DNA of 64,000 nucleotides from Camelus dromedarius (lineage: Eukaryota), in NCBI RefSeq assembly GCF_036321535.1, contig NC_087437.1:81036001-81100000 (forward strand), in the 5' to 3' direction. The stretch's first letter is position 1; each line of letters starts with the position of its first letter. This document shows, piece by piece, positions 1 to 13,996 of the stretch. The notes beneath the pieces are model-generated. The model was not told the origin of the DNA. It did not search any database and saw only the letters and a list, made by a program, of their open reading frames with translations. The position numbers and the translations under genes are program-made.

Positions 1-39
1 CTGTTAGATTCAAGTGGCTAAATTATGGAATTGAAACTC

Positions 40-410
40 CTTGGCTTTGACCTAATCTGTCTTGTCAGCCCCAGTTCCTACTAACCCTGTCTGTACAAGA
101 ACACACCAGATCCTTTAAGGGTCTTTTTGGCTCCTTTGCCCAGAACAGCCCTTCTTTGCTGTCAAGTTGCCACTCACCTTTCAAGATGTAACAAAATACT
201 AATTCCTAGGTAAAAGTTGCTCTGTCTGTGGGGTTTCTCAGGCCTTTGTTAATGTATCTTCCATAGTTACTGCCCTGGGTGGTTATTTGTCAGTTTGTCT
301 TTGTCCTCCTCATGGAGCTTAAACCCTGTGAGAAAAGAAATCCTAAATTCTCATCTTTGTAAACCCAGGTATTGCACAGTATGTAATAACAGTAGGGGTG
401 CAATTTAATT
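40..410 (+). mobile_element. L2 LINE 3' fragment (degenerate)
   Basis: L2-like 3' end: ...tcatctttgtaaacccaggtattgcacagtatgtaataacagtagg...caat. Confidence 0.5.
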
Positions 411-477
411 TTCTTAACTTTGGCTTTGAAATTTTAGCTACATGTTTAAGGGCATAATGAGAACCCTACAGGCAAGT

Positions 478-615
478 TAAGAGACCTGAGTTCTAGTCCT
501 GGGTTGGTTATTAACATAACCTGCGTGTGTCCCATCATCTCTTTGTGCTTTGATTTTTTTTTTCATTGGTCAAGTGAGGAGATTGGACTAGATGCTCTCT
601 GGGGCCCTTCCTTTT
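478..615 (+). mobile_element. MIR SINE
   Basis: agacctgagttctagtcctgg...gattggactagatgctctctggggcccttc. Confidence 0.6.
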
Positions 616-1471
616 CTGAAAAATGACAATTCTTCCTGAGGAGGCGTTTATATTGATTTGAGCAGATCTGCTAGTGGTAACTTAGGGCACATTCTTAATT
701 TATAACTGTTCATTTCCTCCTGTTCTTTTCCTGTACTTCTGACCAACCACTCATTCTGATTCAATGAACTTTATCGCAGAATGAGACAATAGAGAGTCAC
801 AGTTTAGACATGTGATCTTGGAATCATACGAGGGTCTCGCTACACACACTGCACACAAAATCCTTTAATTAACCACGTGAAGTGTATTAGTCACATGCTC
901 TTGAGAAAACTGAAAAAAAAGAAAAAAGAAAAAAAAGGACCCATCCCAGGCCCAGATGTGCCCTTGGAAAAGACTGGGCCAACAACAGAGAAGGAGGGGT
1001 GAGAATTTCAGCCATGATTACTCCCATCTGTTGCTCTTTAAAACCAAACCAAAAAAAAAAAAAAAAAGTTTCCTAAATGAACACTAGACATGGGGAAAAT
1101 TTTAAGAAGTTGATATCAAGGCTGGACTAACTATGTAGAATTAATAGCTTACTAGCCCTAAATTTCGAGATGGGATTTTAGATTGCAAATTTTGTTGAAG
1201 TCTCAACTGCTTTTCATTTCTTTTCTGCTTTGGCTTCATTCTTCTTAACTTTGAGGCTTCTGTGATAAGTCTAGAATACAACCAAATACTTTGGTGGATA
1301 AATCCACCCCACTGAGCTTAGCTGGATCAGAATTTTTCCACACAAACTTTTGGACACTTAATACGCTGATCCAAACAGGTATGAAGAAGAGTGATACCAA
1401 CTTTCTTTATGAATTTAAGGAATAGAGAATAACTGTAAATTGGGAGAACTCAGCTGAACCCATGTTGATTT

Positions 1472-4400
1472 CATTTTTTAAAATTGAAGTATAGTCAGTT
1501 ACAATGTGTCAATTTCTGGTGTACAGCACGATGTCCCAGTCATGCATATACATACATATATTCATTTTCATATTCTTTTTCTTTAAAGGTTATTACAAGA
1601 TACTGAGTATAGTTCCCTGTGCTATACAGATGAAATTTGGGTTTTTTTGTATCTATTTTTATAAATGGTGGCTTACATTTGCAAATCTCAAACTCTGCAA
1701 CTCTCTTTATCCCTTTTCCCCGGTAACCGTTAAGATTGTTTACTATGTTTCTGAGTCTGTTTCTGTTTTGTAAATGAGTTCATTAGTGTCTTCTCCCCCC
1801 CCCCCCTTTTAAGATTCCACATTTAAGTGATATCATATGGTATTTTTCTTTCTTTTTTTGGCTTACTTCACTTACAATGACAATCTCTAGTTCCATCCAT
1901 GTTGCTGCAAATGGCATTATTTTATTCTTTTTTTGTGGCTGAGTAGGATTCCATTGTATAAATAGGCCACAGCTTCTTTATCCAGTTACCAGTGGATGGA
2001 CATTTAGGTTGTTTCCATGTCTTGGCTATTGTATATAGTGCTGCTATGAACATTGGGGTGCATGTATCTTTTTGAATTAGGGTTTCCTTTGGATATATTC
2101 CCAGGAGTAGGATTGCTGGATCATATAGTAAGTCTGTTTTTAGTTTTTTGAGGAATCTGCATGGTGTTTTCCATAGTAGCTGCACCAAACTACATTCTCA
2201 CCAACAGTGTAGGAGGGTTCCCTTTTCTCCACAGCCTCTCCATTATCATTTGTGGACTTTTTAATGATGGCCATTCTGACTGGTGTGGGGTGATATCTCA
2301 TTGTAGTTTTGATTTACTGATAATTAGTGATATTGAGCATTTTTTAATGTGCCTATTGGCTATTTGTGTGTCTTCACTGGAGAATTGCTTGTTTAGGTCT
2401 TTTGCCCATTTTTGGATTGGGTTTTTTGTTATTAAGTTGTATGAGCTGTTTATATATGCTGGAAATTAAACCTTTGTCAGTCACATCATTTGCAAATATT
2501 TTCTCCCATTCCATAGGTGGTGGTTTTGTTTTACTTATGGTTTCCTTTGCTGGGCAAAAGCTTATAAGTTTAATTTGGTCCCATTGTAAATTTTTGCTTT
2601 TATTTCTTTTGCCTGAGTAGATTGCCCTAGGAGAACATTGCTAAGATTTATGTTAGAGAATGTTTTGCCTATGTTTTCTTCTAGGAGGTTTTTGTGTCTT
2701 GTCTTATATTTAAGTCTTTAAACTATTTTCAGTTTATTTTTGTGTATGGTATGAGGGAGTGTTCTAACTTCATTGATTTACATGCAGCTGTCCAGTTTTC
2801 CCAACACAACTTGCTGAAGAGACTGTCTTTTTTCCATTGTATATTCTTGCCTCGTTTGTCAAAGATTAATTGACCTTAGGTGTGTGGGTTTATTTCTGGG
2901 CTCTCTATTCTGTTCTATTGATTCGTATGTCTGTTTTTATGCCAATACCATGCTATTTTGATTACTGTAGCTCTGTAGTATTGTCTGAAGTCTTGGAGGG
3001 TTATTCCTCTAGCTTCATTCTTCTTCTTCAATATTGCTTTGGCAGTTCTGGGTTTTTGTGATTCCATATAAATTTTAGGATTATTTGTTCTAGTTCTGTG
3101 AAATATGTCCTGGGTAATTTGATAGGGATTGCGTTAAATTTGTAGATTGCCTTGGGCAGTATGGCCATTTTATCACGATTGATTATTCCAATCCAGGAGC
3201 ATGGGATATCTTTCCATTTCTTTAAATCGTCTTTTATTCCCTTAGTCAGTGTTTTGTAGTTCTTCATGTATAAGTCTTTAACCTCTGTGGTCAGGTTTAT
3301 TCCTAAGTACTTTATTGTTTTGGATGCGATTTTAAAAGGGATTGTTTCTTTACTGTCTTTTCCTGCTATTTCATTGTTAGTGTAAAGAAATGCAACTGAT
3401 TTCTGTATGTTAATCTTGTATCCTGCTACCTGGCTGAATTTTTATCAGCTCTAGTAGTTTTTGTGTAGAGCTTTTAGGGTTTTCTATATATAGTATCATG
3501 TTCTGCATATAGTGACAGTTTTACCTCTTCTCGTCCAATTTGGATCCCTTTCATTTCTTTTTCTTTCCTGATTTCTGTGGCTAGGACTTCCAAGACTATG
3601 TTGAATAGAAGTGGTGAGAGTGGGCATCCTTGTCTTGTTCTAGTGGGAAGGCTTTCAGTTTTTCACTGTTGAATATTATGCTGGCTGTGTGTTTGTCATA
3701 AATAGCTTTTATTATGTTGAGCTATGTCCCTCTGTACCCACTTTGGTAAGAGTTTTTTAATCATAAATGGCTTTTGAATTTTATCAAATGTTTTTTCTGC
3801 ATCTGTTGAGATGATCATGTGATTTTTGTACTTTCTTTTGTTGGTGTGGTGTATCACATTGCTTGATTTGTGTATGTTGAATGATCCTTGTGCCCCTGGG
3901 ATGAATCCAACTTGATCATGGTGTGTGATCTTTTATATGTGCTGCTGGATTCTGTTTCCTAACTTTTTGTTGAGGATATTTGCATCTACGTTCATCAACA
4001 ACATTGGCCTGTAACTTTCTTTTTTGGTAGTTTCTTTGTCTGGTTTTGGTATTAGGGTGACGGTGGCTTCACGGAATTAGTTTGGGAGTACTCCCTCCTT
4101 TTCAGTCTTTTGGAAGAGTTTGAGAAGGGTCAGTGTGTGTTCTTCTTTGTATGTTTGGTAGAATTCCCCAGTGAAGCCATCTGGTCCTGGACTGTTATTT
4201 GTAGGCGTGTTTTTTATTGATGATTCTATTTCATTTCTAGCATTGGTCTGTTAAGTGGTCTATTTCTTCTTGATTCAGTCTTGGTAGACTGTATGTTTCC
4301 AGAAACATGTCCATGTCTTCTAGGTTGTCCAATTTGTTTCCATATAGTTATTTATAGTATTCTCTCTCTCTCTTTGTCTTTTTTTTCTTTTTCTTTCTCT

Positions 4401-5003
4401 TTTTTTGTATTTTTGTGGTATTGGTTGGTAATTTCCCCATTTTCCTTTCTTATTTTGTTTATTTGTGTTCTCTCTCTTTTCTTCTTGGTGAGCCTGGGCA
4501 GAGGTTTGTCCATTTTGTTTACTCTTTCAAAAAACCAGATCTTGGTTTGATTGATTTTTTCTATTGTTTTTTAATCTCTGTTTTATTTATTTCCTACTTG
4601 ATCTTTATTTTTTCCTTCCTTCTGCTGACTTTAGGTTTTATTTGCTCTTCTTTTTCTAATTCTTTTAACTGATAGATTAGGATGTTTGCTTGAGTTTGTT
4701 ACTGATTTTTGAGGAAGGCTTGTGTTGCTATGAACTTCCCTCTTAGGACTAATTTTGTTGCATCCTATAGATTTTGTGTGGTTGTGTTTTCATTGTCATT
4801 GATCTAAAAGTATTTTTAAATTTCTTCTTTGATTTCATCACTTACCCACTGGTTTTTTTAGTAGCAGCTTGTTTAGTGTCCATGCTGTCATTTTTTTCTC
4901 CTTTGTTTTTCCATTGATTTCTAGTTTCATGCCATTGAGGTCAGAAAACATGCTTGAAATAATTTCTATTCTCTTAAATTTGTTGAGGCTTCTTTTGTGC
5001 CAA
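1472..5003 (-). mobile_element. 5'-truncated lineage-specific L1, ~3.5 kb, decayed ORF2
   Basis: Short T-tail and L1 3'UTR at left. ORF2 fragments ([20 protein letters not shown]) in the ORF track. The 5' end lies in the endonuclease C-terminus (HKRSLNKFKRIEIISSMFSD). TSD gttgattt at 1464-1471 and 5004-5011. Confidence 0.95.
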
Positions 5004-5339
5004 GTTGATTTTGCTTTAAATAATTGAACAAAGAAAGGCTACAATACAGGATAGAGTTTATGTTATTTGCTACTCTTACCTTTTCTGGATGACAGTGGAG
5101 TTTTTGACTACATGGACCCTCCAGTGACTGTGGTATTAATAAATAATTGAATGAACCAACTGAAGCCTCATAGATATGTTAATGAAATGTTGATGTGTGG
5201 AGATTGTGAAGGACTCAGGTGCTGAGAATGTTTTTTACTCTTTGACTTAATTTTTTAATTTGTGTGATCTGAATCAAATATCATTATGTGACCATAAAGG
5301 GAGAAATGTTAGAAATATTATCATTAATATGAAAAAGAA

Positions 5340-6410
5340 AAGGATCTCTGTCATTGCTTCTTGTCAAAGAGATGAATTAGGGATGTCATGACTGAAAACA
5401 AAGAGGCAAACTTTTTGTTTTTTGTAGTGATGTGAGTATATGCATAGAAAATCCAATAGAAATGAACTATGAAACTTTGAACATATCAGCATGGTGGCTA
5501 AATTTTTTTAAAATAGAATTCCTGTGTTAGTAACAATCAATTTGAAAACATAAAAACATCCATTTCATGGAGTACCAATTAAGCAACCAAAAGATAAAAG
5601 ATACTTTATGAAAGAAATCTTTAAAAGTGAAAGAAAATCTGAATACATTGGGAGCTGAAATCATCATTTTGCTATGTGGGAGGACTTAGAATGGTAAAAA
5701 TGTTTCTTCTCTCCTAAATTAATTTATAAAGTCAATGTAACCCCACTCAAAATTCCAGCAGGATTTTTTCATGTAAATGAGAGAATTAAATTCTAAAATT
5801 CAAATGGAAGAAATGGTCAACTCCGGGGGACACTGTTCATATTGTAGTCTATGGAAAAGTTGTCTATTTTAGCAGTAAAGGGGCCAAAAACATCCAGAAC
5901 TTTTGAAGAACATGGTGGGTGCATTCGTCCTACTAGCTGTCACGACTATGGAACCATGGTGTTGAATCGGTGCAGCGATGTACAATGGAGCAGGAGAGAG
6001 CCTAGGGGAGACCTGTATAGTTACAAAACCCTTGAGATGGCATTTAAATCATTAAAGAAATAACAGACTTTTCAGTTGATGGGGATGCCAATTGGCTCTC
6101 CATATGGAAAATTATAAAATTAGATCTCTAGCTCAAATTGCATACCAGAATGTAAAAAAAGAAACTTTAAAACATTTAGAAATAAACATGAAGAATATCT
6201 TTATAAACTTGGGGTAGGGAAGAATTTCTTAAAAGAGATGAAAACCACAAGCCATAACATAAAAGACAGATAAATTTGTGTAAATTAAAACAAACACCTT
6301 TTGACAAAGCACATTATAAACAAATTTAAAGGTCAAGTGGTGGATGGAAAGAAGAGATATACAACACAAATTACAGAATATTAAGATCCAGAATACTATA
6401 TATGATGAAA
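5340..6410 (+). mobile_element. Ancient L1 (L1M/L1ME-like) ORF2 fragment
   Basis: cctaaattaatttataaagtcaatgtaaccccactcaaaattccagcaggatttttt and downstream ORF2-like A-rich sequence. Confidence 0.7.
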
Positions 6411-6819
6411 TAGAAGGCGATGTTTATTTCCCCAAAATGACTGCTCATTTTGAAAAGAGGACTTATCAGAGTCTTTCAAGTCTCTGAAACGTGCAGACAG
6501 CCCAACCCCACCCGGTCAGTGCTGCTGGTGCATATTTGTAGAAGGCCCAGGTTGGAGCAGGTTAAAACAACAGAACAAACAAAAGGATATCAAGAAGGTT
6601 ATTACAGATTATTTATTCCTGGAATACAGCCCCTCAAAGTGCAAGGGTTAGATGTTGTAGGAAACTGGCCTTCTAAAGACTTTTTACATTGAATAATTTT
6701 AACTAAAAAAATTACCCCAAAGATCATTTTTAGAATAGTAAGATCAATCAGTTTCTCAATGGGAAAATGATGGCACATTCAAATTAGGACAATTCAAGGA
6801 GCATCTATAAATCAAAAGG

Positions 6820-7245
6820 CTACTTATAAAAGTAGGCTGGTGGGGTGTAAGGAAAGTGCAAGGAAGCCAGAGTTAGCAGGCTCAGAACCCTGCCCACTCC
6901 TAGGTCTGCAAGGGGAAACCGAGGGGGAAGGAGAGGTCTGCGGATGGGGAAGGAGAGTCATCAGGAGCAGAGTGCCTTGAGAGGAGCAATGACATTCTGT
7001 CCGGGGATGCAGCCAGGCTGCGGTGACCTCCAAGACAGGGAGCCAGAGGAATAAATGCCCCAGCCTCACTCTCCTCCCCACTTCTCACCTCCTGCCAAGC
7101 CTTCCATTGGCGGCCCCCAGCAGGAAGCCTGAGAACAAGGGATCCTGGGCTTGTGGCTCACACAGGTCATATTTCCAGGGCAGAAAGCAGGATGGAGAAG
7201 GAAGGGGAGTGGATCAGAAGGGGCAGATGAAGATAACTCATGCAA
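6820..7245 (-). mobile_element. MLT1-family (ERVL-MaLR) solo LTR, MLT1K/L-like
   Basis: ccttccattggcggcccccagcaggaagcctgagaacaagggatcc...gggcagaaagcaggatggagaagg...gtggatcagaaggggcaga. Confidence 0.6.
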
Positions 7246-7639
7246 AAAGCAACCCAACACATGATCTTACAGTGAAAATCACGAATAGCAAGTGGTATTT
7301 GGTAGTTTGGAGCAGTCTTGAGAGTGTATTAAACACAAGTTCAAAATTTATCTGACTAGAAGTAGAAGTGGTCTGCTTTAGAAAACTATAAATGATGCAA
7401 AAGTGGTTCAATCATGACAAACCCTGATGTTGTATGTGCTCGTTAGAAATCTGAATAAAATTGTTAATGAAATGTGAGGGAGAAAGCAATAGTCTTAAAG
7501 TAATTTATTATGATTAATGTATGATTTAAAATATGCATTTGATATGACATTTACATCAATATGATATATAGGCATATTGATGATTTTATCTTAATACATA
7601 AATATTTTAATATTAAAGTTGTACAAAACTTTTTGTATT

Positions 7640-8520
7640 TCATTTGGAACACTGGGAGACATAGCCTTATATTTGGAAATGCCTTATATCGAGACACATA
7701 TTGGTATATAAAGAACTCTGGGAAAAATGATAGGTAAGTGTAAAATGGACAAAAGATATGAACCAGCAGTGCAGAGAAAAGGTAAACAGACAATAAACAT
7801 AAAAAGGATGCCTAACTTAAATGGTGACATAGTAATTAGTGAAACTTGTAAACAAGGAAAAAGATTAAAATGAGATACCATTTCACACCCATTTAATTGG
7901 CAAACATCAAAAAGTCAGATGTGTGTAGAAAAGATCTTACCCACTGCTGCTGATGTGTTAATAGTTCCCACCACTTTTTGAGACATTTTGGCAACAATAT
8001 CTAGTGAAACCATAACCTAAGACACTCTTGATCTAGGTCTAGATTGATCTAGGTTGATCTAGAACCTCTTGCTCATGTACATGGGAAGATATGTAAAATA
8101 TCTTCATGGTTATATTTTTGTAATTGTGAACTGGAAGTAATTTGGTATCTGTCAATAGGGGAGTGGATAAAATGTGGTTTATTTGTATGTTGGAAAATTA
8201 AAAGCAATTAAAACAAACCAAAGCTATACATATCAATATGGATAAATCTGAAAATTAAAGGTAGATGAAAAAGCAAGTTTGAGAGTGATTCATATTATAG
8301 AACAACATTTGGGTAAATCGAACCCAAAACAATGCTATAATTGTTTTTGTATTCATAAATGTAGTAAAGATATAAAAGCTTGGACAGGTAGGGATATATG
8401 CCACATTCCTCTTACTGGCTGCTTCTGGTAGGAAGACAGGTGGGACTGGATGAGTGTCAGTAGCTTCAAAGAGTATGTCTTCACCTGAAATACCTGGATA
8501 TTTGTTTATATTCTGATTAG
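7640..8520 (+). mobile_element. Ancient L1 3' region (probable continuation of 5340-6410)
   Basis: aaaatggacaaaagatatgaac; aaaatgagataccatttcacaccc; tgtcaataggggagtggataaaatgtgg. Confidence 0.7.
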
Positions 8521-8945
8521 ATTTAGACTCAATTCCTTTTATGTCCTGAAGCAGTCTGAACACATTTCCTAGAATCTTAGTGACAGTCAACAGAGTTTTA
8601 CTGTGTGGAGACCAATGAAAATTTGTGTTCTTAGTGTTGTGATTTTCAGGGTACATTATAAAATTATTGATTGGAGAAATTGTAACCATTTTCTATATTT
8701 TATTTCTCCATTAGCCTGTAGTCCAGTAGGAGGGCTTTGGGAGATCTTGATCTCAGCTAGTGGAATAGTGGGAAGACAGATGCAGTCATGCATGTGGCCA
8801 GCTGAGAGCAGATAAATTACAAACATTGAGTTGTCTTTTCACCAGTGTAAGGAGGGGACAAGCATCTAAGATGGAAACAGTGTATAAGAAGGAGATGAAA
8901 GACTTGAACAGCTTTCCAATTCATATTATCAATTATATTGTGACA

Positions 8946-9440
8946 CTTTTTTAAAAAATTTTATTTTTAATTTTAATTTTTAAAATTGAAGTATAGTTGG
9001 TGGTTCAAAATGTTGTGTTAATTTCTGGTGTACAGCATAGTGGACTCAGTTGTACATATACATATATATTCTTTTTCATGTTCTTTTTCATTAGAGGCTA
9101 TTACAAGATATTGAATATAGTTCCCTGTGCTATACCTTAGGACCCTATTGTTTATCTATTTTATATATAGTAGTTGTATCTACAAATCCCAAATTCCCAA
9201 TTTATCCCTCTTTCCCCCTGGTAACCATAAGATTGTTTTCTGTGTCTGTGAGTCTGTTTCTGTTTTGTAAATAAGTTTATTTGTGTCGTTTTTTTAAAAT
9301 TCCACATATATGTGATATCATATGGTATTTGTCTTTTTCTTTCTGGCTTACTTTACTTAGTATGACAATCTCCAGGTCCATCCATGTTGCTGCAAGTGGT
9401 ATTATTTTATTCTTTTTATGGCTGAGTAGTATTCTGTTTT
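8946..9440 (-). mobile_element. Short L1 3' end
   Basis: T-rich tail followed by aattgaagtatagttg..., same 3'UTR as other copies. Confidence 0.9.
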
Positions 9441-9530
9441 ATAATTAAATATTTAACTTATCTGCACTCAAATATAATTATCACCCATATGCAGAAACTG
9501 AACAAATTAATTTTAAAAGGTCCACCACTG

Positions 9531-9936
9531 TTTTTTTTTTTTTTTGAAGTATAATTGATTAACAGTGTTACATTAGTTTCTGGTATATAGCATAGTGATT
9601 GTATATGTATATATATTCTTTTTTATTATAGGTTGTTATAAGATATTGAATATAATTCCCTGTGCTATAGAGTAGGACCTTGTTGTTTATTTATTTTATA
9701 TATAGGAATTTGTATCTGCTAATCTCAAACTCCTAATTTATTCTTGTTCCCCTTTTCTCTTTGGCAACCATGAATTTGTTTTCTATGTCTGTGAGTCTGT
9801 TTCTGTTTTGTAAACAAGTTCATTTGTATCGTTATTTTAAATTCCATGTATAAGTGATATCATATGGTAGTTGTTGTTGTCTGACTTAACTTCACTTAGT
9901 ATGATAATCTCTAGGTCCATCTCTGTTGCTGCAAAT
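9531..9936 (-). mobile_element. Short L1 3' end
   Basis: PolyT plus L1 3'UTR; imperfect TSD aaaggtccac-cac (9516-9528) / aaacgtccactcac (9937-9950). Confidence 0.9.
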
Positions 9937-10399
9937 AAACGTCCACTCACCCTTAATTCTCTGTGCCACTCACTCTTGTCCCACCTTCCCATATACTTGT
10001 TTCCATCTGTTAACCTGAACTACAGTGTTCTCTTCTAGGTCAGTTTGGTTCTCTGAGACCTGAGCTTGAATTGAATCTTTCCATCTCTCCTGTTGCATGG
10101 AGCACCCACTGTGTGTCAATTTCTCATGCCCTTTCCCACATCTCTTTACGTAGTTTTATTTTCTTACAAAGCTTTTCCAAATGAATCCCACCAGCACTTT
10201 CCCCCGTTTGAATACTTCCTGATCTCTTCCATTTAAACTACTGTTGTAATTATTGCATTGCATTAAATGTACTCTGTTTGTACATACACTGTCTTGTCTG
10301 TATTTATTAACAAAAACTGACAGCTTGCCAAGCACACCTCACATCATCATGGGGACAGAAGTACTAATATGCTATTCCCTAATGATCCACCAGTTTCTA

Positions 10400-11557
10400 T
10401 CTTCAACCCTTATGTCTTCTCTGAGATGCTGCCTATTCAACATACCATTTGGATGTCTCTGAGCACCTCAAACTTAATATGAAGATCCATTCCCCACAAG
10501 ACCTACTCCTCCCACCGTGTTTTCTGTTAGTTAATAACACTCCCATCCACTAGGATGTACAAATTGTATTGTCAACCTTGAAACTGATCTTCTTTCCTTA
10601 TTTCTCATATCCAAGTTTTCCCCAGGATGTGTCAGTTTTGCTTTCTATATGTCCCACAAATCTGTCTGGATTCAAGCCGCATACTATTACTGGTCACCTG
10701 GACTGTTGCCATAGCTAGTTTACTGATCTCCCTGTGTTTTCTCTTTCCGTCCTTCAGCATGTTCTGTGTCCTGCAATCAGGGAGTTTTGCAAAGTGCAAA
10801 TGCAGTCACTTCACATACAAACACTCAACTGCTGTTCTGAGGCTAAACACCAGAATCCCTTCTGTGGCCTGTCATACCCAGTAAGGTCTGGCTCCCATTC
10901 ACCTAACACCCTCTGCTCCCACCACACTGATATTACACAGTATCATTTCCCCTTAGTTCTTGATGCCTGGATTGCCTTCTGTGACACCCTGCTCCATCTA
11001 GTTGATCCCTATTCCTATTTTTTCAGATTTCTCCTCCTTTGCCACTTCCTTAGAGAAGCTTTTCCTGATCTTCCTGACTTGGTGAAATCATCCTATTAGT
11101 TGTTATCAGAGCACTCAGGGCCTAATGTCCTTCTTAGCAGAGAGCACAGATGTAATATTCATTTGATTCAAGTATTTTCCCCACTAACCCTGCATGTCTC
11201 TTACAGTAGCCACTAGCCACAAGTGACTATTTAAGTTTAAGTACAATTAAATGAAATTTAAAATTCAGGTTCCCAGTCACTCCAGCCACATTTCAAGTGC
11301 TAAAGAGCCCCGTGTTGGGCACTGGTAGCTACCATATTGGGCGGTGCTGAGTCGAGAACGTGTCTGTCGCTGCCGGAAGTTCTAAGGACAGCATGCAGCA
11401 GACGGTCAGCTCTTCAAGGACAGATGCTGTTCTTTGTTTCCTGTCGTCTATCTTTCTGTCTTTGTCTTTGCTTTCCAGGAGCCTAGCAACATGTCTGGCC
11501 CATAGCAGCTGTCCAAAAACATTTGCGAAGCAAATGAAAAAGTGAGTTAATGAACGA
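10400..11557 (+). mobile_element. L2 LINE, interrupted by MER3
   Basis: ttggatgtctctgagcacctcaaacttaatatg; typical 3' end ggagcctagcaacatgtctggcccatagcag...aaacatttg...aatgaa. Confidence 0.8.
11190..11396 (-). mobile_element. MER3 (hAT-Charlie MITE)
   Basis: gtagccactagccacaagtgactatttaagttta...ccacatttcaagtgct...gctaccatattgg...gaagttctaaggacagca. Confidence 0.8.
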
Positions 11558-12089
11558 GCACCTCAGAGCCTTGTGAGGCTAAAGTGGAGCAGTCAGGAAG
11601 GTCCCAGGTTGTGAAAACTGTCTCTGAGGCTGGCGTTAGTGACCCATTGCTCCCTGAGGCCCCAGCGCTTTCTGCTCTTCACGTGCTCAGAGACGGGCCT
11701 GCACAAAGCTTTATTTTTGCTGTCTCAAACCTGTACTTGGTAAAGCCAGGTCTGGAGATCCTCCATGAATATTTTATAAGAGAAGGTGCTCTGTGGAAAT
11801 GAAAAAGCACCTGACTGAGGCTGTCTTTGTGCTAGCAGATGGTTATCAGTTTTGGCTGCAAATGACTGTCATGTCTGAGATGTGTTCTTTTGCCTAAAGG
11901 AATATGGCAGATGGTGTAAGGGCTCACGTTTCTTATTTTACTTTATTCTAGTTTAATTTTACTTTTAGTGGAGAGTTAGTGAAGTACAATACAGTCTAAA
12001 AAACTGTAAGGAGGGACTCTGGTTTCAGAAACCCATCTTAAAGCTGGAAAACTTCACAAACGGTTCTAGTGCTTTAATTGAAAGAGAAA

Positions 12090-12280
12090 GAAATTATGGC
12101 CCATGGGCCAAAATCCAGCCCAGTACCTGTCTCTATAAATAAAGATTTATTGGAACAAAGCCACACCCATTCATTTATTCATCGATCTCTGCTTCCACCC
12201 TACAGTGGGCATGTGTAGCCTACAAAGTCTAAAATATTTCCTTCCTGGCCCTTTACGGGAAATGTTTGCCTACCTCTGCT
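12090..12280. mobile_element. MER58 (hAT-Charlie)
   Basis: tggcccatgggccaaaatccagccc...aataaagatttattggaacaaagccacaccc...ctggccctttacgggaaatgtttgcc. Confidence 0.8.
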
Positions 12281-12999
12281 TTAACTCCTGCGGGATCAAA
12301 TGTTGGATTGTTTGAGCTTTGTTGGCAATCAGTGGGCCCAGCTGTCAGAATGGTCACTCTGGTCAGTTGTTTTCTTTACCACCCACCTTCCTACCCCTTG
12401 TTCCCAATACTTTTTTTTCCTTCAAAATCATGAAGAAAAATTATGGAGCTGGTCTATCTTTTTGAGGTCAGCCGGGTGGGTTTCAGGCCCTAGGGAAGAA
12501 ATCATGGGTAGGATTGAGCCTGCTGGGCTGTGTGGATGGAGAATCATCAGATGTTGGCACCAGAAAAATGGAAGGTTGGCCTGAAAAAAGGTAGTTGATC
12601 AGAAACACATACTGACCAGAGATGAACCCCAGGAAGTGAAGAGGATGAAGAGTGGCTCTGTGAGGCTGTGTGGGGCCCTGTGAAAGAATGGCACCTCGAA
12701 CACAAACAGACTCCACACAGGGAGAAGCCTTTAGGTCAAGGGAGTCATTAGGAAAGTGGACCTGACAGCTGGGCCCGGAGAGGGAGAAATAAGTCAGAAA
12801 GACTCTAGGAGTTTCCAGAGAAGCCCAGTCAGGAGTCGAGTGGTCATCAAGAAGGTGGGTTTGAACTGGAGCTGAGGTTAGAGCTGGGGTGGAGAGAAGC
12901 AGGGTCTAGTGGAGAGATGGGGGCGGAGAGAGCAGCCGCGCTCACAACCAGACTTCTGATTTTACCTCCAAAAGAGGGCGTATGTGAAGTGAATGAGCA

Positions 13000-13176
13000 C
13001 CATGCTTCAGTCGTACATGAATATGCATATATTCATTTTCACATTCTTTTTCACCATAACCTACTACAAGACATCGAATATAGTTCCCTGTGCAACACTG
13101 TGAACTATTTGTCAATAAAAAAAAATTTTTTTAAAGAAAAGGAAAAAAAATAAGATGGTCAAGCCATGAAAAAAAA
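13000..13176 (+). mobile_element. Very short L1 with 5' inversion and double A-tail
   Basis: Inverted 3'UTR piece at 13000-13093, sense terminus ...tcaataaaaaaa, TSD aagtgaa(t/c)gagca at 12987-12999 and 13177-13189. Confidence 0.85.
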
Positions 13177-13299
13177 AAGTGAACGAGCAACACTGGCAGG
13201 TTTGAAAGAAGGCAGTGAGGTTTAAACTTTTAAAAAATTTCTGACTTGTGTGTGTATTTCATATCTAAGGGCCCACAAAAAAACTACAAGTGACAGGCC

Positions 13300-13545
13300 A
13301 CATAGCGTAAATTCTGCAGCCAGGCTGCTTTTGTCCAAATTTTGGCTCTGCCACTGGCTAGCTGTGTGACCTTGGGCAAATTACTTAACCTCTCTATGTC
13401 CTAATGTGCTCACCTATAAAATGCACATGCTACTGCTACTACTTCTTAGGGTTGTTTTGCAGACTAATTCAGCTTACATTTGTAAGTGCTTATGACCGTG
13501 CCCAACACACAATGAGTAGTGCAATAGAGGTTTATTAAATACTAG
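13300..13545 (+). mobile_element. MIR SINE
   Basis: ggctctgccactggctagctgtgtgaccttgggcaaattacttaacctctct core. Confidence 0.85.
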
Positions 13546-13996
13546 TGGCCTCTGTCTTGCGTCCTCGGAGATGCCCTGGCTGGAAGATGAACTGAACACA
13601 AACACTGGATATGACTTGAAAACGTCAGTTCCTGTAGAAACCTGTTTCCAGTGGACTATGTCATTGGTGTTAAAGAATTTGTATCCTTTAACTAGATGGC
13701 TGTTTATTGTGCTGGAGACTGGTCCTCATTTTAGAGTTGTCATTTTCCTTTGAACACATTGTAAAATAGAAAGAGTGTCTGTGTGGGAGTTTTATCTCAT
13801 TGACCCCACTTCCTGCCTCGCAAAATAGTATAATACTGAGCAGGGAAGAAAGTGAAAGGATTGGTGAAGGTGAGGGAAACACAACTTAGGCAGATGGGAA
13901 TGTTAGTTTGTTTTTATTTTTTTTTAATTAAAAAAAATTTTGGGGTCCTGATGGGTATGTGGGTTTCTTTTTGTGTATACACTTATATATATATAC

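Noticed and set aside
8028..8062. Repeated ttgatctag units
   Set aside because: Tiny slippage duplication within an old L1; no array structure, not CRISPR-like.
8255..8689. 144-aa minus-strand ORF
   Set aside because: Overlaps an ancient L1 3' region; no recognisable protein or splice context.
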